A program made the position numbers and the translations under genes. This document shows, piece by piece, positions 30,066 to 40,356 of a stretch of 64,000 bases of DNA. Source of the DNA: an uncultured Chitinophagales bacterium (GTDB taxonomy: Bacteria; Bacteroidota; Bacteroidia; Chitinophagales; JADIYW01); the NCBI GenBank assembly GCA_964472755.1, contig CAYYMF010000004.1, forward strand, positions 3,120 through 67,119, read 5' to 3'. Within the stretch, counting starts at the first letter, position 1; each line of letters opens with the position of its first letter. Under the pieces are notes generated by a model that saw nothing but the letters and a program-made list of their open reading frames with translations, did no database searches and had not been told where the DNA came from.

Positions 30066-31463
30066 TTAATGAGATTCTAACATGTTTTTTGGATCTAAAA
30101 TTTCATCTAGTTTATCTTGAGACAATAAATCATGTTCCAATACTAAATCATAAACACTCTTTCCTGATTCTAATGCTTCTTTTGCAATTTTGGTAGAATT
30201 TTTATAACCAATATGTGGGTTTAATGCAGTAACAATTCCGATACTATTTTTTACTTTATTAAAGCAAATTTCTTTATTAGCGGTAATGCCTACCACACAT
30301 TTTTCTTCTAGAGCTACTAATGAATTACATAAAAAATTAATACTTTCCATAATGGCATGACACAAAACAGGCTCCATTACATTTAGCTGCAATTGTCCAG
30401 CTTCGGCAGCAAAGGAAACCGCTAAATCATTGCCTATTACTTTATAACATACCTGATTGACTACTTCTGGAATTACTGGATTTACTTTTCCTGGCATGAT
30501 AGAAGAACCAGGTTGCATGGGTGGTAAATTTATTTCAGATACGCCAGCTCTTGGTCCCGATGAAAGCAAACGTAAATCATTACAAATCATTGAAAGTTTC
30601 AATGCTAAGCGTTTTAATGCTGAAGAATAAGAAACATAAGCACTTGTATCTGGCGTTGCTTCAATTAAATTACGAGATAGAACTATAGGGAATCCAGTTA
30701 TAGAAGCTAAATTATCTGCACATTTTTGAGCATATCCTTTAGGTGCATTTAAGCCAGTTCCAATTGCAGTTGCACCCATATTGACCTCACACAAACCATT
30801 TGCTGCATGATTTAAAATTGGAATGTCATTTTCTAATGTAGTCGCAAATGCTTCAAACTCTTGTCCTAATGTCATAGGAACTGCATCTTGTAATTGCGTA
30901 CGACCCATTTTTATAACATCTGAAAATGCTTCACCTTTAGCTCTAAATGCTGTTACAATTGAATTAGTTTGCTTAACTAATCGCTCATTCATTAAAATTA
31001 AAGCAATTTTAATAGCTGTTGGATACGCATCATTGGTAGATTGAGATTGATTGACATGGTCGTTAGGAGAACAATATTGGTATTCACCTTTTTGATGGCC
31101 CAAAATTTCTATTGCTCTATTAGCGACCACTTCATTGATATTCATATTGATAGAAGTTCCTGCTCCACCTTGTATCATATCTACTGGAAATTCTTGGTCA
31201 AATTTACCAGCAATAACCTCATCGCAAGCAGTAATCATTGCTTTGTAAATACTTTCTTCTAAACCACCGAGTTCAAAATTGGTTTGTGCTGCTCCTTTTT
31301 TTGTGTAGCCTAATGCTTTAATAAATTCAGGATAAGCTGATAAATATTGATTGGAGATTTTAAAATTATTAATTGCTCGTTGTGTTTGTACACCATAATA
31401 AGCATTGATGGGAACTTCTAATTCGCCTAATAAATCACTTTCTTTTCTAAATTCCATAATCAT
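30066..31463 (-). CDS. aspA: Aspartate ammonia-lyase
   Basis: GGAGTSINMN, SQSTNDAYPT, KMGRTQLQDA, GSSIMPGKVNP signature. Confidence 0.96.
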   Translation of the reverse strand: MIMEFRKESDLLGELEVPINAYYGVQTQRAINNFKISNQYLSAYPEFIKALGYTKKGAAQTNFELGGLEESIYKAMITACDEVIAGKFDQEFPVDMIQGGAGTSINMNINEVVANRAIEILGHQKGEYQYCSPNDHVNQSQSTNDAYPTAIKIALILMNERLVKQTNSIVTAFRAKGEAFSDVIKMGRTQLQDAVPMTLGQEFEAFATTLENDIPILNHAANGLCEVNMGATAIGTGLNAPKGYAQKCADNLASITGFPIVLSRNLIEATPDTSAYVSYSSALKRLALKLSMICNDLRLLSSGPRAGVSEINLPPMQPGSSIMPGKVNPVIPEVVNQVCYKVIGNDLAVSFAAEAGQLQLNVMEPVLCHAIMESINFLCNSLVALEEKCVVGITANKEICFNKVKNSIGIVTALNPHIGYKNSTKIAKEALESGKSVYDLVLEHDLLSQDKLDEILDPKNMLESH

Positions 31464-31637
31464 TAAATTATTTTTAAAATAACTCGTGAAGATACAAAAT
31501 TTATCAGAATTCTTGGAATCGTATTTTTTTTTGAGAAGAGAACGCTACTTTTTTTCTTAATCTAGCCAATATAAACTAAAATTTGAGCTATACATTTATA
31601 ATATTATTACTTTTGTAGTATATTTAGTTTCGATTGT

Positions 31638-32213
31638 ATGAAAACTCTGCCAACGCATTCATTTATAGGATTACTAAAACAATTTGGTCCAATTTCTGAT
31701 GACGCAGCTGTCGCATTTACAGAGCAAATTGAAATATTTACCTATCCCAAAAAGACTATCATTTTAAAAAAAGGGAATATTTGTAGTTATCTATGTTATA
31801 TAGAAAAAGGTTTAGCACATCTTTATTCAGATGAAGGTAAGAAAATGTTTACGAACGATATCGTTAAAAATGGCGAAATCTTAACATCTTTCACTAGTTT
31901 TGTTTCAGAACAACCCTCCAGTGAAAATATTGAATTATTAGAAGATAGTGTATTGCAAGGTATTAGTTTTGAAAATTTGCAATTATTGTACAAAAAATAT
32001 CCGGAACTAGAAAGGATAGGGCGTTTAGTGGCAGAATACCATTATAATTCATTAGCCGCTCAAACGCATAGACTTCGTTTTTTTACAAGTGCCGAACGAT
32101 ATAATTATTTTTATGAATCCAAATTTGAGTTAGTACAAAGAGTGCCTCTTGGTATTATCGCTTCTTATCTAGGTATGACTTTAGAAAATCTTAGCAGAAT
32201 TAGGAGTAAATAA
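31638..32213 (+). CDS. Crp/Fnr family cNMP-binding regulator
   Basis: cNMP-binding fold, SAEERY-like, IASYLGMTLENLSRIR C-terminal HTH. Confidence 0.88.
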   Translation: MKTLPTHSFIGLLKQFGPISDDAAVAFTEQIEIFTYPKKTIILKKGNICSYLCYIEKGLAHLYSDEGKKMFTNDIVKNGEILTSFTSFVSEQPSSENIELLEDSVLQGISFENLQLLYKKYPELERIGRLVAEYHYNSLAAQTHRLRFFTSAERYNYFYESKFELVQRVPLGIIASYLGMTLENLSRIRSK

Positions 32214-32272
32214 AATTACCCTACATACAAAATTCGTAGTAGAGTATTTATGCTGAAATATTAAATGTTTAT

Positions 32273-32536
32273 TTAAACGCTCAAGCCTATTGATTGTGCA
32301 ACATTCACTTCTTGGTACTTTTCAGCACTCCAATCAAAAACTTTACTTCTAAGGTAATTGTCTAGCGTTTCAATACTGTCAGCTTCCCATACACAGGTTG
32401 CTTCGGTGGAATCTTGATTAGGCAAGACTTGTAATATTCTGCTTACGCCAACTTCTGGTAATTTTGGTAAACTTTCTTGTGCACTTGCCCAAAATTTATC
32501 AGGTTGTGCAATGCTGTGTTTAACTACTATAATCAT
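32273..32536 (-). CDS. Small hypothetical protein, probable dimeric alpha-beta barrel
   Basis: 87 aa; ATCVWEADS..TLDNYL pattern resembles DUF3303/DUF4242-like proteins (by eye). Confidence 0.55.
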   Translation of the reverse strand: MIIVVKHSIAQPDKFWASAQESLPKLPEVGVSRILQVLPNQDSTEATCVWEADSIETLDNYLRSKVFDWSAEKYQEVNVAQSIGLSV

Positions 32537-32648
32537 AATTTATGTTTTAATTCTATCAAAGTTATAAAATTAAATTTAATTTTTATAACTAATTTTAACT
32601 AACTATTTTTAGTATATATATTTATTTTAGTACAAACAAACTATATCT

Positions 32649-34736
32649 ATGAAAAAGTTTCTATTACTCTCAATTTGTTTTTTTATTGCACTTGATTTTA
32701 TTGCATCTACTGTAAATATTAATAATATCGAGATTATCCGAGATAAATTTGGTGTGCCACATATTTTTGGCAAAACAGATGAGGAGACGGCTTATGGTTT
32801 GGCTTGGGCAACTTGCGAAGATGATTTTAGTTCGGTACAAGAAAACCTATTGACTGCAAGAGGACGTCTAGCAGAAGTAAAAGGCAAAGATGGTGCAATA
32901 TTGGATTTTATTGCCAATTTTGTTGGTGCTAGAGAAAGTGTAGATAAACTTTATTCAAATAGTTTTTCGCCTAAATTTAAAAATATTCTTTCTGCTTATG
33001 TTGCTGCAGTCAATAAATATGCAGCAGAAAACCCTAAAGAAGTTTGGTTGAAAGATATTTTTCCAATTACTGAAAAAGATGTTTTGGTGGGTTATTCCAT
33101 AGGTATGGCTTTGATGACCAATGTGCCGTTTTCTGTTATGAAAATTTCTGATGGCAATATGTGGAAATTTGAACAATTGAAACAAGTGAAAGGCTCGAAT
33201 GCTTTTGCTGTTAATAATAATAAAACTAAAGATGGAAATACCTATTTAAGTATCAATTCACATCAACCTTTAGAAGGCCCATATTCTTGGTATGAAGTAC
33301 AATTACATTCTGAGGAAGGTTGGAATATTTTGGGCGGTACATTTCCAGGAGGTGTTACTATTTTTCACGGAGCAACTCCAAATTTAGCTTGGGCTCATAC
33401 CGTAAGTTTTGCTGATTTAGATGATGTTTATAAACTAAAAATGCATCCTTCTCAAAAACTAACTTACTATTATGATGGGAAATGGCTGAAACTAAAAGAA
33501 AGAGTTTGCAAGATGAAAGTAAAAATATTTTGGTTTATTAAAATCCCTGTAAAGAAAAAGTATTATGAAAGTATATATGGCCCAACCTTAGAAAAAGACG
33601 GAGTTTTTTATTCTATTCGCTTTCCTTCAAAATTTGATATAAGAAGTGCCGAACAATGGTATCGAATGAACAAATCTACCAATTTAGCTGAATTTAAAGA
33701 GGCACTAAAGATGCAGGCTTTTACTGGTTTGAATATAATTTATGCCGATAAGGAAAATAATATTTATTATGTGGACAATGCACAATTTCCACGTCGAAAT
33801 AAAAATTATGATTGGTGGCATGTTTTGCCTGGAGATACGTCTGCTACTTTTTGGAATGCCAATGATTATTATCCTTTTGATAGTTTATTTCAGTTGCAAA
33901 ATCCTGTTTGTGGTTGGATACACAGCAATAATCAAACACCGTTTTTCTCAACTTTAGAAGACGAAAATATCGATAGAAAAACTCACCCAATGAACGATTA
34001 TTATTTTGCTTTTAATAACAATCGAAGTCTAAGAACAAACTATTTATTTGCATCAAGTGGTAAAATCTCTTATGATGAATTTAAGCAAATAAAGTTTGAT
34101 AATAAATTTATGTCTCCTGCATATACTTATTCAATGTCTAATATTGAAGATATATTTCAAAAATTAGATATTAATAAATATCCACAAATTAAAGAAGCCA
34201 TGATTGTTATAAAAAAATGGGATAGAGGTTCGGATTATACTAATAAACAAGCATCTATTATGGCATTGACTATTGATTTTTTAAAAGAGAAATTGATAAA
34301 AAATGGTATGTTTCCAGCTGTTCAAAATGTAATTTCTGAAGCAGCATTAGTGGATTGTGTTGATAAAGCACAAAAGCATTTAATGAAACATTTTGGCAAA
34401 TTGGAAGTTCCATTAGGAGATGTCCAAAAATTAGTCAGAGGGGATAAAGCATTGCCTGTTTCAGGTATGCCTGATGTGATTACGGCGATGGATTTAACAA
34501 AATATAAAAATGGAATGTATAAAGCTATTTCTGGTGAGTCTTATATTGAATTGATACAGTTTACAAAAGAAGGCGTAAAAATAGAAAGTATTCAACCTTA
34601 TGGGCAAAGCAATAAAAAAGGCAGTAAACATTATGACGACCAAATGGAAATGTTTGTAAAGCATAAACTCAAACCTATGTCTATGGATTATAATGAATTA
34701 TTAGCGAATAATGAAAGTGTATATCACCCGAAATAA
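32649..34736 (+). CDS. Penicillin acylase family Ntn-hydrolase (S45), secreted
   Basis: Signal peptide, IIRDKFGVPHI, GSNAFAV (catalytic Ser), NSHQP, NIIYAD, NNNRS. Confidence 0.92.
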   Translation: MKKFLLLSICFFIALDFIASTVNINNIEIIRDKFGVPHIFGKTDEETAYGLAWATCEDDFSSVQENLLTARGRLAEVKGKDGAILDFIANFVGARESVDKLYSNSFSPKFKNILSAYVAAVNKYAAENPKEVWLKDIFPITEKDVLVGYSIGMALMTNVPFSVMKISDGNMWKFEQLKQVKGSNAFAVNNNKTKDGNTYLSINSHQPLEGPYSWYEVQLHSEEGWNILGGTFPGGVTIFHGATPNLAWAHTVSFADLDDVYKLKMHPSQKLTYYYDGKWLKLKERVCKMKVKIFWFIKIPVKKKYYESIYGPTLEKDGVFYSIRFPSKFDIRSAEQWYRMNKSTNLAEFKEALKMQAFTGLNIIYADKENNIYYVDNAQFPRRNKNYDWWHVLPGDTSATFWNANDYYPFDSLFQLQNPVCGWIHSNNQTPFFSTLEDENIDRKTHPMNDYYFAFNNNRSLRTNYLFASSGKISYDEFKQIKFDNKFMSPAYTYSMSNIEDIFQKLDINKYPQIKEAMIVIKKWDRGSDYTNKQASIMALTIDFLKEKLIKNGMFPAVQNVISEAALVDCVDKAQKHLMKHFGKLEVPLGDVQKLVRGDKALPVSGMPDVITAMDLTKYKNGMYKAISGESYIELIQFTKEGVKIESIQPYGQSNKKGSKHYDDQMEMFVKHKLKPMSMDYNELLANNESVYHPK

Positions 34737-34750
34737 TTACTTTTGTCGTA

Positions 34751-35467
34751 TTGGCAAATTCATTTTTTAAATTCAAACAATTCGTCGTACATCAAGATAA
34801 ATGTGCCATGAAAGTATGCACTGATGCTTGTTTGTTTGGTGCTTGGATAAATATTCCAAAGCATACGAAACATATTGTAGATATTGGCACAGGAACAGGA
34901 TTGTTAAGTTTAATGTTAGCACAACAATCGGAAGAACAAGTAAAAATCGATGCTGTAGAATTAGAAGAAAATGCTTTTGAACAAGCTATAAACAACTTTG
35001 CAGAATCTATTTTCTCTGAAAGAATAAAAGGAATTTATGTTAATTTTTTCAATTATAAAACTGAAAAAAAATATGATATTTTAGTTTGTAATCCTCCGTT
35101 CTATAAACAACAATTTGCCACAAAAAACAAAGCAAATATCTTAGCCAGACATAGTGATAATTTTGATTTTAATGACTTTTTTTTGCGTTGTTCTCAGTTG
35201 TCTAATGAAGATGCCAGTTTGTTTTTATTGATGCCTTTTTATAGAAAAAATGAAATTGAAAAAATTGCATTACAAAATAAATGGTATCCAAAAGAAATAA
35301 CTCTAGTTGTAAATAAAATAGGACAACAACCTATCCGAGTAATGTTTCATTTTGTAAAGAATATAGAAATACAAGTTTTAAAAAATGAACTTATAATTTA
35401 TCAAGAAAACAATGCTTATACAGACGAGTTTACAGAAAAATTAATCCCTTTTTACTTTAATCTATAG
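34751..35467 (+). CDS. yfiC: tRNA1(Val) adenine-37 N6-methyltransferase
   Basis: FKFKQF, MKVCTDACLFG, DIGTGTG, CNPPFY; TTG start. Confidence 0.9.
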   Translation: MANSFFKFKQFVVHQDKCAMKVCTDACLFGAWINIPKHTKHIVDIGTGTGLLSLMLAQQSEEQVKIDAVELEENAFEQAINNFAESIFSERIKGIYVNFFNYKTEKKYDILVCNPPFYKQQFATKNKANILARHSDNFDFNDFFLRCSQLSNEDASLFLLMPFYRKNEIEKIALQNKWYPKEITLVVNKIGQQPIRVMFHFVKNIEIQVLKNELIIYQENNAYTDEFTEKLIPFYFNL

Positions 35468-36612
35468 CCATCGTCTAATGTTTTTAAGAAAGCAATGATA
35501 TCTGCAATATCTGTATCACTTAATTTCAAATCACCCATATCTTCCGTATTCATTGTAGGCGTATATTCTGGTACGTATTTAGCATTTACATCTCTTGTAT
35601 TGTAAAATTCTAAGACTTCTTCTAAAGTTTCAAATACACCATTATGCATATATGGTGCAGTTTTATTGATATTTCTTAAAGAGGCAGTTTTAAATCGTCC
35701 AATTTCTAATGGATTGATAACAATAGGTTTGCCAACAAATTCCGCTTTAGCAAATCCTGAATCTAATGGTAAGTGTATTTGACTTGGATGTTTTGGTACG
35801 CCAATATTATCATAAGAAAAATCTGCAAAAACGATAGTGTTTGTAAATTTATTTGCTTCTGAAAGATGACACAGTGAGCATTTGCTTTTTGTCGTATCTT
35901 GAAATAATTTCCAACCACGCATTTCGGCATCACTCAATTTTACTTTTCCTTGCAAATAAAAATCAAATTTTGAAGTATATGGATTGACTTGTTTTGAGGT
36001 TTGAAAAGATTTTAAGGCCAACATCGTCGCATACATAACCATTTGGTCATCTTTTGTATTGCTAATTTTAAAAAGTTTCTTTAAATCATTGAAATACGGA
36101 GCTTTTCTGATTTTAGAAGCAACTTGTCCAATATCTTTATTGTTCATTTCCTTTGGATTCAACAAAGGCGAAGTAACTTGAGCTTCAATAAATTCAGCTC
36201 TCCCATCCCAAAAATAACCACCCACATCTTCAGGCAAGCCTCTGATAGAATCACCGTGTCTGTCTGGTGCTAAAATATTATATGCAATCGAAATGGTATT
36301 TCTATCTGATGGATTTAATGGGTCTATACCAACTGAAAATGCAGTATGTCTGCCATCTGCAAAACCTGCTGATGGAGAATGACAAGTACCACAACTGATA
36401 CCAACGGGCTCAGAAAGTGAAGCATCAAAAAATATCTGTTTCCCTAAAATTCCAGTATCTGATAGAAATTGATTATTGTGTACAAAATCGCTATCATCAG
36501 AAAAATAAAATGGTTCTAAAACTGAAAAATTATTTTCTTTGTTGCAGGAAGTTGTACAAGAATACGTTGCTAATAAACTTAGCAAACATATATATAAAGC
36601 CTTTTTTTTCAT
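35452..36612 (-). CDS. Di-heme cytochrome c peroxidase/MauG family, probable lipoprotein
   Basis: Two CXXCH motifs (CGTCH, CSLCH), FWDGRA, FKTASLRN, PYMHNG. Confidence 0.9.
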   Translation of the reverse strand: MKKKALYICLLSLLATYSCTTSCNKENNFSVLEPFYFSDDSDFVHNNQFLSDTGILGKQIFFDASLSEPVGISCGTCHSPSAGFADGRHTAFSVGIDPLNPSDRNTISIAYNILAPDRHGDSIRGLPEDVGGYFWDGRAEFIEAQVTSPLLNPKEMNNKDIGQVASKIRKAPYFNDLKKLFKISNTKDDQMVMYATMLALKSFQTSKQVNPYTSKFDFYLQGKVKLSDAEMRGWKLFQDTTKSKCSLCHLSEANKFTNTIVFADFSYDNIGVPKHPSQIHLPLDSGFAKAEFVGKPIVINPLEIGRFKTASLRNINKTAPYMHNGVFETLEEVLEFYNTRDVNAKYVPEYTPTMNTEDMGDLKLSDTDIADIIAFLKTLDDGYRLK

Positions 36613-36623
36613 TCGATTTTAAT

Positions 36624-37280
36624 TTAGGAGATTTCGCTTTCTTCCACTAATTTATTTTGAATTGCATACACGATAATTTCTGAAGTCGATTTTAATTTCA
36701 ACTTTTTCATTATATTTTTCTTGTGTGTATATATCGTATGTGTACTTAAAAATAAATGATCTGCAATGGTTTTTGCGTTCCAACCTTTGGCAGTAAGTTT
36801 TATAATTTCAGATTCTCTTGAAGATATATTAAACGGCGTACAATCTTCAGTTTTGTGAATATGGTTGTCAATAATAATATCAACTACTTTATGGCACATA
36901 AATTTTTGACCTTGTGCAGTCGCAATAATCGCTGCTTGAATTTCCTCTTCATCACATTCTTTGGTCAAAAAACCTAATGCTCCATCTTCAATTACTTTCA
37001 GAATATTTTCTTTAAAACTATCTGAAGATATAATTAGAATCTGAATTTTCTTATTGTATTGTTTGATTTGTCTAATCGTATCAACACTAAATTTACTGTT
37101 ATGTAGGTAATCAATAATGATTACATCTGGCATGTTTTTTTTGATACTCTCTAATAATGTTTTTTCAGAATCAACTACATCTAATAATACAAACTCTGGA
37201 AAATCGCTCAGTACTTGTTTTAGTCCTTCACGAGCCAATAATTGTGCATCTGCAATAATTAATCCTATCTTTTTTTTCAT
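36624..37280 (-). CDS. NarL/LuxR family response regulator
   Basis: Receiver domain (DVIIID, GFLTK) plus HTH SSRESEI...STHTIYTHKKNIMKKL. Confidence 0.92.
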   Translation of the reverse strand: MKKKIGLIIADAQLLAREGLKQVLSDFPEFVLLDVVDSEKTLLESIKKNMPDVIIIDYLHNSKFSVDTIRQIKQYNKKIQILIISSDSFKENILKVIEDGALGFLTKECDEEEIQAAIIATAQGQKFMCHKVVDIIIDNHIHKTEDCTPFNISSRESEIIKLTAKGWNAKTIADHLFLSTHTIYTHKKNIMKKLKLKSTSEIIVYAIQNKLVEESEIS

Positions 37281-37296
37281 ATTTTGAAAAACGGCT

Positions 37297-37343
37297 ATTT
37301 AGAATTTATAAAAATAAAGAATTTTATTAGAATTATAAAATAA
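37297..37343. promoter_or_regulatory. Tandem Fur-like boxes upstream of response regulator-peroxidase operon
   Basis: ATTTAGAATTTATAAAAAT (37297-37315) and a second similar copy TTATTAGAATTATAAAATAA (~37324-37343). Confidence 0.5.
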
Positions 37344-37385
37344 GCAATAGTTAATATTTTGTTTTTATATGTTTCTAATATTGAG

Positions 37386-38414
37386 CTAATTCATATCTTT
37401 AGAAAATTCGATGATTTTTTCTGCTACTGTTTTGGTATCAGAATAGTTAAGAGTTAATGAAAACACAGTTTCAGGATTTCTTTTTTGAATACATCGTAAA
37501 TACCCTTTGTCATAATAAACCAATACTGTTCTAATAAAATCTTCCATACGATTTTCTTGTATTGCAGCTATTGCATTTTTAGTTTGTAATGGACCTAATC
37601 TTTTGCGGATATGTTCGGTGGCACTAATTAAAAAATCCTTATCCAAAATGCCATAAGTTTCTAATAAAAAGGCAACTCTTGTTTCTAAATCAATTTCTAA
37701 GTTAATAACCTTTGCCGCTTGCATTTGATACCAAAAAAATCGTGGAATACCAATATTTCCAATCACAACACTCTCATCTTCTAACCAAATTTTCTTAGAC
37801 AAATCCATTTTTCTAAGTTGATGCATTAATTTGTTTTCAAATTGTTCTTGAGAAATAGTTTGCAGCATATTTCTGCTACCAAATGCAGAACCTTGATGTT
37901 GTGCTAAACCTTCTAAGTCTATTACTTGTTCTCCAAGCATTTGTATTTCATTCAAAATCGTTGTTTTGTGTGAACCTGTTTTGCCACCCAAAATCATTAT
38001 AGGATATGGTTTCTCAAATTGTTGTAATACCCAATTTCGATAACTTTTATAGCCACCATTAATTGTATAAACTTCAAAGCCATAAAAATCTAAAGCCCAC
38101 GCCATAGCTCCACTACGCATTCCACCTCGCCAACAATGCACACAAATTTTTTTATTTGGTGCAATTTTTAATGAAGCTTCAATAAATCCTCTCCACTTTG
38201 TACCAACAACATCAAATCCTAATAAAATGGCTTGTTCTCTGCCAATCTTTTTATAAGTTGTACCAATTTTTACCCTTTCTTCATTACTAAAAATAGGTAA
38301 ATTAATGGCATTTGGAATATGCCCTTTTTGGTATTCCGATGGTGTGCGAATATCTATTAAAGGCATATTGCCTTTTAAATTAAAATAATCTTCAATGTTG
38401 ATTTTTTGTATCAT
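37386..38414 (-). CDS. mnmH: tRNA 2-selenouridine/geranyl-2-thiouridine synthase MnmH (SelU)
   Basis: Rhodanese domain (DIRTPSEY, GHIP, CWRGGMRS), GGYKSYR, P-loop-like GKTGSHKT, DLEGLAQHQGSAFG, EDES. Confidence 0.93.
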   Translation of the reverse strand: MIQKINIEDYFNLKGNMPLIDIRTPSEYQKGHIPNAINLPIFSNEERVKIGTTYKKIGREQAILLGFDVVGTKWRGFIEASLKIAPNKKICVHCWRGGMRSGAMAWALDFYGFEVYTINGGYKSYRNWVLQQFEKPYPIMILGGKTGSHKTTILNEIQMLGEQVIDLEGLAQHQGSAFGSRNMLQTISQEQFENKLMHQLRKMDLSKKIWLEDESVVIGNIGIPRFFWYQMQAAKVINLEIDLETRVAFLLETYGILDKDFLISATEHIRKRLGPLQTKNAIAAIQENRMEDFIRTVLVYYDKGYLRCIQKRNPETVFSLTLNYSDTKTVAEKIIEFSKDMN

Positions 38415-38527
38415 CTTTCAGGAAATAAAGTTAGTATTCTAAGTGAAATTGTGAACTGTTTTTAAAGGAAAAATTGTATTTTAGGAATAAATATTAAGAA
38501 CCATAGTAAAAGCGTATATTTGTACCA

Positions 38528-39553
38528 ATGCAAAATCCAAATTTAGATGCAAGTGGCGATTATTTGTCTAAAACTGAAAAGGAATTAGAAAAAGTATTAC
38601 GTCCTCAAGCAATTGAACAATTTGCTGGACAACCTCAAATTATTGAAAATCTGAATGTTTTTATTCAGGCTGCAAAATTGCGTGATGAAGCATTAGATCA
38701 TGTTTTATTACATGGACCTCCAGGTTTAGGAAAAACGACTTTATCTCATATTATTGCGAATGAATTAGGCGTAGAAGTAAAAATGACTTCTGGACCAGTG
38801 TTAGAAAAACCTGGCGATTTGGCTGGTTTACTTACTAATTTACAACCTAACGATGTTTTATTTATTGACGAAATTCATCGTTTGAATACTACTGTTGAAG
38901 AATATTTATATTCCGCTATGGAAGATTATAAAATAGATATTATGATTGATAGCGGACCCAATGCTAGAAGTATTCAAATCAGTTTGAATCCTTTTACATT
39001 AATTGGTGCTACAACACGTTCAGGTTTATTGACAGCTCCTTTACGTTCTCGATTTGGTATTACTTTTAGATTAGAATATTATTCTAAAGAAGTTTTGCAA
39101 AAAATTATCCAACGTTCTTCCAATATTTTGAATACTGAAATTGATGAAAAAGGCTCTATGGAAATCGCAAAACGTAGCCGTGGTACGCCTCGTATTGCAA
39201 ATGCTTTGTTGAGAAGAGTACGAGATTTTGCACAAATCAAAAGTGATGGGAAGATAGATTTAAAAATTTCTCAATATGCTTTGAAAGCACTGAATGTTGA
39301 TGAACATGGCTTAGATGAAATGGATAATAATATTTTAGCTGCTATTATAGAAAAATTTGGTGGAGGTCCTGTTGGAATTACAACTATCGCAACTGCGGTT
39401 GGTGAAGAATCTGGCACGATTGAAGAGGTTTATGAACCTTTTTTAATTCAAGAAGGTTATCTGAAAAGAACGCCTAGAGGTCGAGAGGCAACAGCAAAAG
39501 CTTATACACATATTGGTAAAGTTCCACCGTCCCAAACTGGTAGTTTATTTTAG
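38528..39553 (+). CDS. ruvB: Holliday junction helicase RuvB
   Basis: [38 protein letters not shown]. Confidence 0.98.
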   Translation: MQNPNLDASGDYLSKTEKELEKVLRPQAIEQFAGQPQIIENLNVFIQAAKLRDEALDHVLLHGPPGLGKTTLSHIIANELGVEVKMTSGPVLEKPGDLAGLLTNLQPNDVLFIDEIHRLNTTVEEYLYSAMEDYKIDIMIDSGPNARSIQISLNPFTLIGATTRSGLLTAPLRSRFGITFRLEYYSKEVLQKIIQRSSNILNTEIDEKGSMEIAKRSRGTPRIANALLRRVRDFAQIKSDGKIDLKISQYALKALNVDEHGLDEMDNNILAAIIEKFGGGPVGITTIATAVGEESGTIEEVYEPFLIQEGYLKRTPRGREATAKAYTHIGKVPPSQTGSLF

Positions 39554-39721
39554 ACCCGAATTACGCAATAGGATTCGTTTTGAAAGTGAAAATACCAATA
39601 AAATATAAACTTTTGCGATTGAAACATAGCAACCTCTATGGTGAATGAGCAAAAGTTAGCGTAGCGTTATATTTTGCAGGCGTTTTCGATTGTAATAGAA
39701 TATCTATTGAATAATTTGGGT
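39554..39721. mobile_element. 168-bp MITE-like element, copy B (inverted relative to copy A)
   Basis: Starts ACCCGAATTACGCAATAGG immediately after ruvB TAG, ends ...TAATTTGGGT; about 8 substitutions vs copy A, no indels. Confidence 0.85.
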
Positions 39722-39734
39722 TAAATCTAAAAAT

Positions 39735-40301
39735 TTATTTTTTGATTATTTTATTCGCATTAGCTTTGGCAAATGCTTCCCAACCAGAATATTTAGTTGA
39801 GGTATTTTGCAAGCCTAAAAGAGAAAAATGATGACACATAGCAACTGCCAAACCATCAGTGGCATCTAATTGTTTGGGCAAGGCATTCGTTTTTAAAATC
39901 TGACAAAGCATTGCAGCAACTTGCTCTTTTGCTGCATTCCCATTTCCAGTAATGCTTTGTTTTACTTTCTTTGGGGAATATTCCTGAATGGGTATTTTTT
40001 TTGATAAAGCAGCCGCAATTGCCATTCCTTGTGCCCGACCTAATTTCAACATTGATTGAACGTTTTTGCCAAAAAATGGTGCTTCAATTGCTAATACATC
40101 AGGTTTATACATATTGATGATTTCTAAAACCTCATCATAAATTTTACACAATCTATCGTAATGGTCGTCATATTTTTCTGTATAGATAGTTCCAATTAAG
40201 ATTAATTCCGCATTTCTGGTATCTGAATTGATAATACCGTAACCAGTGGTATGACTACCTGGGTCAATACCTAAAATTGTAATTTGCTTTTTCTCTGCCA
40301 C
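39735..40301 (-). CDS. ruvC: Crossover junction endodeoxyribonuclease RuvC (start revised to GTG 40301)
   Basis: ILGIDPG, AIEAPF, KLGRAQG, DATDGLAVA; the TTG at 40307 lies inside a TAATTTTG promoter element. Confidence 0.95.
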   Translation of the reverse strand: MAEKKQITILGIDPGSHTTGYGIINSDTRNAELILIGTIYTEKYDDHYDRLCKIYDEVLEIINMYKPDVLAIEAPFFGKNVQSMLKLGRAQGMAIAAALSKKIPIQEYSPKKVKQSITGNGNAAKEQVAAMLCQILKTNALPKQLDATDGLAVAMCHHFSLLGLQNTSTKYSGWEAFAKANANKIIKK

Positions 40302-40356
40302 GCCCAAAATTAATTGTTTTAGCTTATAAAATAAAAAATTACTTATTTTTATCCAA

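Noticed and set aside
37386-38414. Selenoprotein (in-frame TGA) genes near mnmH
   Set aside because: No recognised gene in the window is interrupted by TGA at a catalytic Cys position; no selA/selB/selC/selD seen
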